Position numbers and translations under genes: made by a program
Notes under the pieces: model-generated
The model's database searches: none
The model's input: the letters and a program-made list of their open reading frames with translations, nothing else
What the model was told of the DNA's origin: nothing
Shown: one piece after another, positions 36,626 through 46,810 of the stretch
Position numbering within the stretch: position 1 is the stretch's first letter
Layout: every line of letters starts with the position of its first letter
Assembly (NCBI GenBank): GCA_048938855.1
Contig: JBHLLT010000017.1
Location: 1 to 61,210 of the forward strand
Direction of reading: 5' to 3'
DNA: 61,210 nucleotides
Source of the DNA: Promethearchaeota archaeon
Lineage (GTDB): Archaea > Asgardarchaeota > Lokiarchaeia > Sigyniarchaeales > SOKP01

Positions 36626-39073
36626 TTACTTTTTACCCCTTCTTTTCAAATATTTTACCATCGCAACTTTTAAGAAGTTGGTCAGGAAAAACATTCCAAA
36701 TGCAAATAACCAAATAAATCCTGCTAATCCCCACCCAATTGCAGGCATGAAAATTCCTGTTGCAGCAAATATAGTCGCTATTACTTGAGTTATTTCACAA
36801 GTAAAAAAGAGTATCTTAGAAGGGAAAGGTCGTTTCCAGAAGTTATCCTCCTCTGTACGTGTAAGATAAATTGTCATGTGCCCTGCTACTGCTAGCTTTA
36901 AAAATATGAAAGTCTGAAGTGTTGTTGATGGATCAAGTTGAAATACAAATTTTCCAATCAAAAATATTGTAAAACTAAAAACAACACCAATAATACCAAG
37001 AAATGAAGATAAAATGAGAACTCTCTGCATTCTCCACCTAACAGGTTTCTCATCTATTCTTGTATTATCAAAGGCAATAGTCATTATTGGTAAATCATTT
37101 AGAAGTGCTAAAATTACAATCATTATAGCTGTTACAGGATAAAATGCAAAAATTGTTATTGATAAAACTAAAAAGATCAGAACCCGAACGGTTTCAGCGA
37201 TTCTATATATAGCATAACTTTTCATTCTTTCAAAGATCTTTCGACTCTCTACAGTTGCATTGACAATTACAGATATGCCAGGGTCTGTTAACACAATATC
37301 AGCTGCCGATTTTGCCGCATCAGTTGCATTGGAAACAGCAATCCCTATATCTGCTTTCTTTAAAGCGGGTGCATCGTTTACTCCATCTCCTGTCATACCA
37401 ACCACATGATCTTTATCTTGTAGTAGCTCTACAATGTGATATTTATGTTCGGGATAAACTTCAGCGAATCCATCAGCATTTTCTACTAATTCTACGGTTT
37501 TGGAATCTTCCTTTCCAATAATGTCTGAAGAGACCACAATATTTGTACCTATTCCTAAATTATTCCCTATCTGTTTTGCTATTTCAATATGATCCCCAGT
37601 AACCATTTTTACATCAATCCCTAGCGATTTTGCTGTTTGAATTGTGTCTTTAGAATCATCTCTTGGAGGATCATGTAATGCTACAATTCCAAGATATTCC
37701 CATTTATTTTCATTGTTAGTTTTTGCTACACCAAGGGCTCTATATCCTTTTAAAGCAAAAGTTTTCCCTTGATCATTAACTATCTTCTCAAGTTCTTCAT
37801 TTGATTCTACTAATTTGAGAATAACTTGGATTGCACCTTTTGAAACTGAAAGTTCTTGACCCTTTTCATCTTTTATTTTAGCTTCAGTTCTTTTTACTAC
37901 TGGGTCGAATGGTTTGAATTTTAATAATTGGAACTTCGAAAAAATTTGATTATTCTCTGGATTTTCATTTATTTTTTCAAAGAAGGCATCATCAATAGGA
38001 TCTTTACTTTCTTCCTTGGATGCTAATCCTCCATAGAGAATTACTTCTTCTTCTGAATGATTTTCTAGAGGTATAACTTTAGCTATAGATATTTGGTTTT
38101 TTGTAAGAGTACCGGTTTTATCTGAGCATAAAATATCCATACTTGCTGCTTCTTCGATAGAGAGTAATCTACTCACAATAGCTTTCTTTTTAGATAAATT
38201 AATTGCTCCAACTGCCATTGATACCATCATAACAGCTGGTAATGCTACTGGAATTGCTGCTACTACTAAAACCAATGCAAATTGCAATAATTGAAAAAGA
38301 TTTTCGGCTCTAAAAAGGCCAACAATAAAGACTATTACCACAAGCACGACAGCAATTATAATAAGATAATTGCCAATTTTTACAATTGCTCTTTGAAAGT
38401 GACTTTTTGTTTTTGCTTCTGCAACTAATTGTGTTGTTTTTCCAAAAAAGGTATTCAATCCAGTTCCAATAACTATTCCATCCATTTCACCTTGACGAAT
38501 GATAGCACCTTCATAACCCAAATCTAAAACTTTTTTACTGACCGGTAATGATTCGCCAGTTAAAACAGACTCGTCGACGTTAAGGTATTCACCATCAACT
38601 AATTTCACATCTGCGGGAATAATATCTCCCAACCTTACATGAACCACATCGCCAGGAACTAATTCTCTTGCTTCTATTTCTTTCCATTTGTTGTCTCGAA
38701 GAACCTCGGCTTTTAAGGCAAGTTTTTCTTTTAATAGTTCGATGGCATTGTCTGCTTTATTTTCCTCCCAAAAACGTACAACAGCATTAATAAGAAGCAT
38801 TGCAATTATTATTGCAAAATCATCCCAGTGTTCAATTACTATTGAGAGAATTGCAGCTACTTCTATCATCCAAGGGATAGGACCCCAAAAATTTCGAAGA
38901 AATTTTATAATAGGGCTAACTTTCTTTTCTGGAATTTCGTTATAACCAAATTTTTCTAGTCTCTTTTTAGCTTCTTCATCAGTTATTCCCTTCTTACTTG
39001 TAGAAAGTTGGGAATTTATTTCCTCTATGCTTAATTTCTTTGCTTCTTCAGTACTTAAAGTTGTAACTGACAT
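36626..39073 (-). CDS. P-type plasma-membrane proton-efflux ATPase (P3A)
   Basis: FWGPIPWMIE, LTGES, IPVALP, CSDKTGTLT, FKPFDPVVKRT, MTGDGVNDAPALK, YAIYRI, ILALLND. Confidence 0.95.
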   Translation of the reverse strand: MSVTTLSTEEAKKLSIEEINSQLSTSKKGITDEEAKKRLEKFGYNEIPEKKVSPIIKFLRNFWGPIPWMIEVAAILSIVIEHWDDFAIIIAMLLINAVVRFWEENKADNAIELLKEKLALKAEVLRDNKWKEIEARELVPGDVVHVRLGDIIPADVKLVDGEYLNVDESVLTGESLPVSKKVLDLGYEGAIIRQGEMDGIVIGTGLNTFFGKTTQLVAEAKTKSHFQRAIVKIGNYLIIIAVVLVVIVFIVGLFRAENLFQLLQFALVLVVAAIPVALPAVMMVSMAVGAINLSKKKAIVSRLLSIEEAASMDILCSDKTGTLTKNQISIAKVIPLENHSEEEVILYGGLASKEESKDPIDDAFFEKINENPENNQIFSKFQLLKFKPFDPVVKRTEAKIKDEKGQELSVSKGAIQVILKLVESNEELEKIVNDQGKTFALKGYRALGVAKTNNENKWEYLGIVALHDPPRDDSKDTIQTAKSLGIDVKMVTGDHIEIAKQIGNNLGIGTNIVVSSDIIGKEDSKTVELVENADGFAEVYPEHKYHIVELLQDKDHVVGMTGDGVNDAPALKKADIGIAVSNATDAAKSAADIVLTDPGISVIVNATVESRKIFERMKSYAIYRIAETVRVLIFLVLSITIFAFYPVTAIMIVILALLNDLPIMTIAFDNTRIDEKPVRWRMQRVLILSSFLGIIGVVFSFTIFLIGKFVFQLDPSTTLQTFIFLKLAVAGHMTIYLTRTEEDNFWKRPFPSKILFFTCEITQVIATIFAATGIFMPAIGWGLAGFIWLFAFGMFFLTNFLKVAMVKYLKRRGKK

Positions 39074-39399
39074 TTTTTTATACTTTTATTGTTTATTTTT
39101 TATTGATAGTAAAATTTATTTTTTCAATTCGAAAAAATACTGACTTGAAAAGAGATGATTATATTTATAAATATTTTTTTAAAATTTTATAAATAGAATT
39201 TAATTTTCAAGTGGCGGAACAATCTTTAAAATAAGTTTTAACCACCCATTTTAAAGTTTATTCTTTTATTTCAAACATATTTGTTTCTTTATATGGTTTT
39301 TAAAATATATTTTATAGAATCATTAATAATTTAACATCAAAAAAAATAAAGAAGTAGAATGACCAATATCTCAATTATAGATATTTAACTTAATTGAAA

Positions 39400-41109
39400 T
39401 CAACTTGTACGAGTTTTCCATAGAGGTTGTTTTTCTAACTTATAAGATTTTAAAGCATATTCCTCCATCATACGGTTAGTGTTAAAATATGCTCCTAATT
39501 TTATAGCATACTTCATTCTTTGCTGCCATTCGCTGGCATTTTGATAATATAGAGGGATTATTTCATTTTCTAATTTCACATATAAATCTTCAGCATCAAA
39601 AGAGTCATCCATAGTTTTTGCCTTTGGATCAGAAGGTTCAGGACCAATTGCCCATCCTGCTTGTTTATCAGACATATAATAACCTTCTATCCACCATCCA
39701 TCTAATGTGGAAAAATTAAGTACTCCATTAATAGCAGCTTTCATTCCACTAGTTCCACTTGCTTCTAGGTATCTTCTAGGATTATTTAACCATAAATCTA
39801 CTCCACTTACTAACAATTTTGCTAATGTAATCTCATAATTCTCTAAAAATACGACCCCTATTCCGTATGAATTCCATAAATAATCACTATAATCATAAAT
39901 CTTTTTTACATAGGATTTAGATTGCATATCAGCAGGATGTGCTTTTCCAGCAAAGATTAATTGAGCCTTATTTTCAATAATCTTAGCTAATCTTTCAAGA
40001 TCAGAAAAAATTAATAGTGGACGTTTATATTCAGCCATTCTCCTAGCAAATCCTATAGTTAGTAAGTTTTTATCAAATAAAACCCAAGAATGAGAATTTT
40101 CATACTCAATAAGAAGACGCTTGGCTTTACTATGAGCTCTCCATAATTCATAATTATCTAAATTTAAAACATTTTCAAAAAGCTTATAATTATGATGCCA
40201 ATCTCTTGATAATTCGTTATTAAAAAAATCTCTCATATAGGGAGATAACCAATACCCTAAATGAACTCCATTTGTTATATAATTAATTTCAAAGCCTGGG
40301 AACATTTTTTTTGAAACTTCATTATGTTTTTCTGAAACAGCATTAGTATACCCGCTTCCATTCAAAGCTAGAATAGTCATATTTAGTGCATTTTTTCCCC
40401 CAAATTCATGGATTTGTTCTGGTAGTCTATCTCGGAAGACATCATTTACTAAATTATATTCAAATTCTTCAAGTCCTGCCCTTACAGGTGTATGAGTTGT
40501 AAACACACAATGTTTCTTTACTTCAATGAGGGTCTTATATTTTTTTAAAAGTTCAAAAATTAAAAATGCCGCATGCCCTTCATTAAGATGGTAAGTTTTT
40601 ATTTTATTGTATCCAAGTTTTTCTAACATTCTAAACCCGCAAATACCAAGAACCATTTCCTGAGCTATTCGTTGAAAAGGATTTGCGTCATATAACATAT
40701 GAGTCAACTTTCTTTGCCATGGCTCATTTAATTTAAGATCTGTGTCTAATAATATTACTGGTATTTTATGTCCATTTCGACCGATTAGTTCATATTTCCA
40801 TGCTTCAACTTTAATTGATTTATCCTGTAATTCAAGAATAACTTGCTGTTCTAATCTTTCAAAATCATCACTAAAATCCCATTTCATCTCTTTTTCAATT
40901 TGTTCTCCATTTGGGCCAATCTGTTGATAAAAATAACCAGCATCGTACACTAATGTTACAGCAATCATTGGTATACCCATATCAGCTGCAGATCGAAGAG
41001 CATCCCCTGCTAGAATTCCTAATCCTCCAGAATATATTGGTAAACTGCTTTCTAAAGCAATTTCCATGGAAAAGTATGCAATCTCTTGATTTTTTTCTTC
41101 ATCTTTCAC
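39400..41109 (-). CDS. glgP: Alpha-glucan (glycogen) phosphorylase
   Basis: AYFSME, YSGGLGILAGD, HLNEGH, FTTHTP, FARR..EYKR, EASGTSGMKA (PLP lysine). Confidence 0.95.
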   Translation of the reverse strand: MKDEEKNQEIAYFSMEIALESSLPIYSGGLGILAGDALRSAADMGIPMIAVTLVYDAGYFYQQIGPNGEQIEKEMKWDFSDDFERLEQQVILELQDKSIKVEAWKYELIGRNGHKIPVILLDTDLKLNEPWQRKLTHMLYDANPFQRIAQEMVLGICGFRMLEKLGYNKIKTYHLNEGHAAFLIFELLKKYKTLIEVKKHCVFTTHTPVRAGLEEFEYNLVNDVFRDRLPEQIHEFGGKNALNMTILALNGSGYTNAVSEKHNEVSKKMFPGFEINYITNGVHLGYWLSPYMRDFFNNELSRDWHHNYKLFENVLNLDNYELWRAHSKAKRLLIEYENSHSWVLFDKNLLTIGFARRMAEYKRPLLIFSDLERLAKIIENKAQLIFAGKAHPADMQSKSYVKKIYDYSDYLWNSYGIGVVFLENYEITLAKLLVSGVDLWLNNPRRYLEASGTSGMKAAINGVLNFSTLDGWWIEGYYMSDKQAGWAIGPEPSDPKAKTMDDSFDAEDLYVKLENEIIPLYYQNASEWQQRMKYAIKLGAYFNTNRMMEEYALKSYKLEKQPLWKTRTS

Positions 41110-41381
41110 TTTTCAAAAACACATTTGTTTTTGTTTTTAATTAATAAAGAGTAATATTATTTTTACTGTTATAAGCATATTCCCTATAAAAATTAAATCC
41201 ATAGAATCTGACTATAGAAAGCTTTCAATTTAAAAATTATGATAATAATTAATACAATAAATATTCTCTTTAAATTGTAATTTGTTACAATCCTTATAGT
41301 AATTTTAATTTCTACACTAGTACGTTGCCATTTTTACAAGAAAGTCTCAAATATTGCTAATTTGAATTTATAAAATTTTAT

Positions 41382-41395
41382 ACATAGCTTTAAAA
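41382..41395 (+). promoter_or_regulatory. BRE/TATA element shared with the USP gene at 48077
   Basis: acatagctttaaaa lies ~50 nt upstream of hppA. The identical 14-mer occurs on the - strand at 48589-48602. Confidence 0.55.
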
Positions 41396-41444
41396 ATGCA
41401 ATTATCTGATTCAAAATAAAAATAAAATCGAGATTGGAATAAAT

Positions 41445-43532
41445 ATGGCTGGAGAATTTGACTTATTATATTCGATACTATTCTATTTAGGAATTGTATT
41501 ATCAATTTTTGGATTGATTTATATTATCTGGATTCTGAAAAAATTAAGACGTCTTGATAATGGATCAGAAGAAATGGTGAAAATTCACGATTTAATAAAA
41601 TTAGGTTCTAATGCTTATTTGAAAAGACAATTTAAGACAATTAGTATTGTGTTGGTAATTCTATCTGTTATCCTTTTCTTTGTAAACATTCCATTAGCAG
41701 TCTCTTTTATAATTGGGGCAGTTTCTTCACTAGTTGCAAGTTATATTAGTATGATATCATCTACATTAGCTAATGTTAAAGTAACTCAAGCATGTAAAAG
41801 CGACTTGAATAAAGCTTTAAAAATAGGTTTTAATGCAGGGATGGTTATTGGAGTTTCAGTAATTTCTATCTCTTTATTAGGAATAAGCATTTTATACATT
41901 TCCTTCAATTTCAATATTCAAAATATTGTAGGTTTTGCATTTGGAGCTTCTTTTTCAGCTCTTTTTGCACAGTTAGGTGGAGGGATATTTACTAAAGGTG
42001 CAGATATTGGAGCCGATCTAGTAGGTAAATTAGAGCATGGACTACCTGAAGACGATATAAGGAATCCCGCAGCTATAGCAGATAATGTAGGGGATAATGT
42101 CGGAGATTGCGCTGGTAGAGGAGCAGATCTTTATGAATCTTCTTCAGCAAATAACATCGCTGCAATGATAATTGGAGGTACCTTAAGTTATGCAACAGGT
42201 AATCCATTATTCATAATTTTTTCCTTAATTTCAAGAGCTTTTGGTAATATGGCTGGTATTTTTGGAGGATATTTTGTAAAGATTAAAGAAAAAGATAAAT
42301 CACCTATCGCTGCATTCGCAAGAAGTCTCGTTGCTACAGCGATTTTTAATATCATATTTTTCTTGATTTTAACATTAATTTCCTTTCCGATTGGGTGGTA
42401 CTACTTGTTTATCTGTTCACTTTTAGGAATATTTTTGGGGTTATCGACTTATTCCATAGTGGATTATTACACATCTTCGAGATATAAACCTGTAAAGAAT
42501 GTAATTAAAAGTTCCGAAACGGGTTCAGCAACGAATGTAATTAGTGGGTTATCACTTGGATTAGAATCCCCTATCATTCCAATTATTTCATTTGTAGTAG
42601 GAATTATTATTAGCTTTTTTCTTGGCGAGCAATTTGGTGTATTGAACGTTTTAGATCCTGATCCTTCGAGGAGCATATATTTAGGAGGCGTTTTTGGGAT
42701 TACCATTGCAACTATGGGCTTATTGTCAATTACAACGATAATTTTAGCTTTTGATGGATTTGGTCCAGTATCTGATAATGCTGCTGGAATAGCAGAAATG
42801 TCACATCAAGGAGAAGAAGTACGATATAATTTAGATAGATTAGATGCTGTTGGTAATACAACGAAAGCATTAGCAAAGGGTTTTGGCATTACTTGTGCTG
42901 CTTTATCCGCTATAATATTATTTGAAGCTTATTTAGACGAAATTAAGGATCTCGTTGTAAATATTGTTGATCCTGTCATTCTATGTGCCTTATTGATAGG
43001 AGCAGTGATTCCATTTGTCTTTTCAGCACTTGCAATTAGAGCAGCAGGAGTAGCTGCTTCTGGAATGATTATAGAAATACAACGCCAATTTAGAGAAGAT
43101 CCGGGAATACTTGAGAATAGAACATTACCCAATTATGAAAAAGCTATTGATACGGGCACGAAAGTTGCATTAAAACGTATGATTTTTCCTGCACTTTTAC
43201 CTACAGTAACTCCTCTCCTTATTGGATTTTTATTCGGTCCAGTTGCATTAGCAGCGTTTATAATATCTGGAACAATATCAGGAATAATTTTAGGGTTCGT
43301 GTTAAATACTGGTGGAGGTGCTCTCGATAACGCCAAAAAAGCTATTGAGGGGGGTCTTTTAGGTGGCAAGGGTTCTATAGCTCATGCAGCTTCAATTGTA
43401 GGAGATACTTTTGGTGATCCTTTAAAAGATACTGCTGGTCCATCCCTTCATATCCTCGTTAAAGTAATAAATACTGTCTCAATAGCCTTTGCTCCTATTT
43501 TTTTAGCAGTTGGCCCTTTAATTATTTTATAA
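41445..43532 (+). CDS. hppA: Membrane-integral H+-translocating pyrophosphatase, predicted K+-independent
   Basis: GGGIFTKGADIGADLVGK, DNVGDNVGD, DNAAGIAEM, GNTTKA (Lys at the Ala/Lys determinant), GDTFGDPLKDT. Confidence 0.95.
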   Translation: MAGEFDLLYSILFYLGIVLSIFGLIYIIWILKKLRRLDNGSEEMVKIHDLIKLGSNAYLKRQFKTISIVLVILSVILFFVNIPLAVSFIIGAVSSLVASYISMISSTLANVKVTQACKSDLNKALKIGFNAGMVIGVSVISISLLGISILYISFNFNIQNIVGFAFGASFSALFAQLGGGIFTKGADIGADLVGKLEHGLPEDDIRNPAAIADNVGDNVGDCAGRGADLYESSSANNIAAMIIGGTLSYATGNPLFIIFSLISRAFGNMAGIFGGYFVKIKEKDKSPIAAFARSLVATAIFNIIFFLILTLISFPIGWYYLFICSLLGIFLGLSTYSIVDYYTSSRYKPVKNVIKSSETGSATNVISGLSLGLESPIIPIISFVVGIIISFFLGEQFGVLNVLDPDPSRSIYLGGVFGITIATMGLLSITTIILAFDGFGPVSDNAAGIAEMSHQGEEVRYNLDRLDAVGNTTKALAKGFGITCAALSAIILFEAYLDEIKDLVVNIVDPVILCALLIGAVIPFVFSALAIRAAGVAASGMIIEIQRQFREDPGILENRTLPNYEKAIDTGTKVALKRMIFPALLPTVTPLLIGFLFGPVALAAFIISGTISGIILGFVLNTGGGALDNAKKAIEGGLLGGKGSIAHAASIVGDTFGDPLKDTAGPSLHILVKVINTVSIAFAPIFLAVGPLIIL

Positions 43533-43602
43533 AAAAATTATAAATCAAATCTTCTAAAAAGAGGAAAAATATGATAAAACTCGCTAACAGTGGTGAAACA
43601 AA

Positions 43603-44241
43603 TTGATAGATAAAATCAAAGAGCAACTAATTGAAAGGCTCATAGAACATTCAAGAGCAATATACTCTATAATGAGCGATATGGGTGTTTTTTATGTAAC
43701 TTGGGCAGAAAACTCAAAATCAAATAGAGAATTATTAGAAAAGAAAGCAATTAAATTGAAATTCGATATAGAGGAAGCAGCCTTGATAAAAGATCAAACA
43801 ATTAAAGGCTTTTCCGAAGCTTTAACATTAGAATCGGGAGACTGGGTTATTTTGATTCAGAAAATGCATAATTTATCAAATATGGCTTTAAGATTTATTG
43901 ATTTATTGAGATACATTGATTTACAGAATTTAGATTCTGAAATGAAAGAGATGTATCATAGATCAATAGATAAAATTTTGGAAATGGAAAAGTTAATAAA
44001 TGAATCAATAAAATTGCTGCGAGAAAATCCTAAGAATATCATTTTTAATATAAACATGATTCATGAGCTTGGTAACCATGCAGAAACGGTTTTCCATCAA
44101 TTTCTGAATTATATATATAAAGACGAAAAGTTAGAAATTAGAAAATTATTAATAATTCGAGATACTGTTGTTACTTTAGAACAACTTGTCCATAAAATTC
44201 ACCATATAGCAGAAATAATTAGAGTTTTGCGTTATGAATGA
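43603..44241 (+). CDS. DUF47/PhoU-like helical protein, divergent paralogue of 58553..59188
   Basis: LIEHSRAIYSIMSDMGVFY..WAEN versus LIEHSRIIYSVISDMGVFY..WAEN; TTG start with GGTGA RBS. Confidence 0.75.
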   Translation: MIDKIKEQLIERLIEHSRAIYSIMSDMGVFYVTWAENSKSNRELLEKKAIKLKFDIEEAALIKDQTIKGFSEALTLESGDWVILIQKMHNLSNMALRFIDLLRYIDLQNLDSEMKEMYHRSIDKILEMEKLINESIKLLRENPKNIIFNINMIHELGNHAETVFHQFLNYIYKDEKLEIRKLLIIRDTVVTLEQLVHKIHHIAEIIRVLRYE

Positions 44242-44313
44242 ACAGGTCATTTTTTGAAATTGGTAGGGAGAACTGACCAATATTACATGAAATTTTAATT
44301 TGAAAAAAGCCAG

Positions 44314-45066
44314 ATGAGCAGTAAAAATCATAATTCTAAAGATTTAAAAAGCGTTTTGGATACTTCATTTGATAAATTTTATAAAAAATTATTAAAGAAA
44401 AAACTTATACGAATTTGTATTTATATACAATTTGTAATTTTTTACCCTGGATTAATAATCGCAATTTTAATTGCTAATAAATCTAATCCAGAGGGCTATA
44501 ATTTGATATCTAATTATATAAGTGATCTTGGATCGGTAAATTTCACACCTGCCCCTTATATTTACAATTCCATAGTAATTCTGACAGGAATTATCAATAT
44601 ACCCATTTTTTTATATCTTGAAGAATATCTCTCTTCAAGCAGATCGAAAAGAAAAGTAATTCAACTTTCTTCTAAATCATTGGGAGGATTAGCAAAGTTA
44701 GGAAAAATTTTATTTTTAATTGGATCTGTCGGAATGTTTAGCGTAGGGATTATCACCGAAGATTTTTCTATATCTCCAATACATATAATATTTTCAGTTA
44801 TGGCTTTTGGAGGGTTTACGATGGGTGGTGTTATCACGGGATTCTTGATTATTGTACAAAAAACAGTATTTCCAACAATATTGGGATACTACATGACAAT
44901 CTATTCTCTTGGGCTTATAATTTTAAGATTTTTTCATTTCATACCTATAATAACATTACCCCTTATTGAGTGGTCTTGGTTCTTAGGAATACTGATATGG
45001 TTAGTACCATTAACATTATTTTTGCTGAAATATATTTATAAAACTAATCAAAATAAGGCAATTTAA
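44314..45066 (+). CDS. DUF998-like membrane protein
   Basis: GYNLISNYISDLGS motif, VGI..ED, H..FS, EW; five to six TM segments. Confidence 0.75.
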   Translation: MSSKNHNSKDLKSVLDTSFDKFYKKLLKKKLIRICIYIQFVIFYPGLIIAILIANKSNPEGYNLISNYISDLGSVNFTPAPYIYNSIVILTGIINIPIFLYLEEYLSSSRSKRKVIQLSSKSLGGLAKLGKILFLIGSVGMFSVGIITEDFSISPIHIIFSVMAFGGFTMGGVITGFLIIVQKTVFPTILGYYMTIYSLGLIILRFFHFIPIITLPLIEWSWFLGILIWLVPLTLFLLKYIYKTNQNKAI

Positions 45067-45130
45067 TTAGCTATACTATAAGTGTTTTTTAGACTAAATT
45101 TAATCAATCAGCCTAATATCGCTACGTTAT

Positions 45131-45664
45131 TTAATACACATGAATTCTATCTAAAATTGTGTAAATCGTAGTTTTATAAATCTCATGAAAATCTTCCTTA
45201 GGGACAATTTGTTTGATTTTTGTTATAAGATTTTCAATCATTTCATTATTAATGTTTGGAAATCGTTTCAAAAGATCATGATCATACTTATGTAGAAAAA
45301 ATGTAAAATCTACTCTTAGACTAAGGCTTTTTAGTTTATTTATAATTTCACGCAAATATTTTATTACTAAATCATAACGATTTAAATCTTGAATATCAAT
45401 TACAAAAAAAATCTCTCCCGTTCCATTAATACAGTCATCAAAATTATTTAGAAATTCATTACGATAAACTTCTTCACCCTTAAAATCCCAAATATCAAAT
45501 TCTGTATTTCCACTTTCTAATTTAACTATACTGGGACTTTTGATATTATTATAGGAATTGTAATCAGATAGATTGAATTTACCAATGAAGTTTAACATAA
45601 TAGACGTTTTACCACTTTTTTCTAGCCCTAGAACAAGGATTTTTTTCTTATTTAGTATTGGCAT
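45131..45664 (-). CDS. Arf/Rag-like small GTPase, degenerate
   Basis: KILVLGLEKSGKTS (G1), IWDFKGEE (G3), FFVID, HKYD (G4), KTTIY (G5-like). Confidence 0.85.
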   Translation of the reverse strand: MPILNKKKILVLGLEKSGKTSIMLNFIGKFNLSDYNSYNNIKSPSIVKLESGNTEFDIWDFKGEEVYRNEFLNNFDDCINGTGEIFFVIDIQDLNRYDLVIKYLREIINKLKSLSLRVDFTFFLHKYDHDLLKRFPNINNEMIENLITKIKQIVPKEDFHEIYKTTIYTILDRIHVY

Positions 45665-45704
45665 AATGAATATTAACCTATAAAAGAAATTCAATTCCCA
45701 ATTT

Positions 45705-46073
45705 CTATTTTAATTTCTCAATGTTATCTGATTCAACTAAATTTTGAAATCTATGTTTATGTAACTCGATAACAAATGAATTAATAGCAGAAATTACTCT
45801 GAAAATATTAATATTTTTTATGAAATAATTTTTAAGACTCCCCTCTCGGTTATTAGAGATAATATTTGCCTTTTGTAATTGATTTAATAGTTGAGATGAG
45901 TAAGACTGGCTAATATCTAAAAATTCTTCAATATCTTTTGAAGTTTTTTCACCGTTTTTAAGATATTTTATGATTTTCAATTTAAAAGGATCACTTAATA
46001 ATTTTAAAAATTCTGATGTTTCTTCAGTTAACACATCCATTTTAAAATTCCCTATTCTTAATTTTTCTTTCAC
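45705..46073 (-). CDS. ArsR/SmtB family winged-HTH regulator
   Basis: LKLLSDPFKLKII..L..GEKT..DI...LDISQS..SQLL..L...II...REG; alternative ATG at 46040. Confidence 0.88.
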   Translation of the reverse strand: MKEKLRIGNFKMDVLTEETSEFLKLLSDPFKLKIIKYLKNGEKTSKDIEEFLDISQSYSSQLLNQLQKANIISNNREGSLKNYFIKNINIFRVISAINSFVIELHKHRFQNLVESDNIEKLK

Positions 46074-46167
46074 TGTTACAAATATAATATTCTAAAAGTT
46101 ATTCAGAGCAGTACTTATATAAATAAGATACTTCAGAAATTTAAATATAATGATCCAAGAATATTAA

Positions 46168-46205
46168 GATATTATGAAATCGCAATATTTAAATATCATA
46201 ATATC
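46168..46205. promoter_or_regulatory. Perfect 10-bp inverted repeat flanking a TATA box between divergent arsR and lrp genes
   Basis: gatattatga (46168-46177) and tcataatatc (46196-46205) enclose atttaaata. Confidence 0.55.
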
Positions 46206-46279
46206 ACTTTCTTTTAATAAGATACAATTAAAAAATTTTAACAATAATCATAAAAAAAATCTAAAGATGATGGAAAATC

Positions 46280-46762
46280 ATGAATCAAGCTCTCATATTA
46301 GATGAAATTGATAAAAGAATTGTTACAATTATTCAGAAGGATCCAACAATTACTCATACGAAGCTAGCGAGAAAAGTTAATAGGAGTCAACCAACTATAG
46401 GAATGAGAATAAAAAAACTTGAGAAATCTGGGATATTAAAATTTCAAGCAGGCCTAGGTTTAAAGAATTTAGACTATTCTCTTGCGAAAATAGATATTCA
46501 AACTTCCAACCCCAAAGAAATTATACGCATCATCGAATCTTGTCCCTTTGTTATCCAAGGTTTTAGAATAAGTGGTTCTACAAATTTTGTTATAATAATT
46601 GCTTGTTCATCACTTAAGGATTTAGATAGAATCGTCAATTATCATTTTAGAAGAAATCCTGAGGTAAAATTAGTTGCTACTGAGATAATTTCTGAGATAA
46701 TTTCTGAATTTATTGTTCCAGTTGATTTTCAAATTAAGAGTTGCGATTGTTTAAGAAAATAA
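46280..46762 (+). CDS. Lrp/AsnC family transcriptional regulator
   Basis: LDEIDKRIV..IQ.DP.I...KLARKV..SQPTI..RIKKLE.SG; RAM domain with ISG..NF. Confidence 0.93.
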   Translation: MNQALILDEIDKRIVTIIQKDPTITHTKLARKVNRSQPTIGMRIKKLEKSGILKFQAGLGLKNLDYSLAKIDIQTSNPKEIIRIIESCPFVIQGFRISGSTNFVIIIACSSLKDLDRIVNYHFRRNPEVKLVATEIISEIISEFIVPVDFQIKSCDCLRK

Positions 46763-46810
46763 ATGAGAACTTGCTAAAATAAAGTTAATAATAAGGCAGA
46801 GAAATTGAAA

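Noticed and set aside
45695-45707. Stop read-through fusing ArsR to the GTPase
   Set aside because: The two ORFs are in different frames, and no convincing slippery site was seen.
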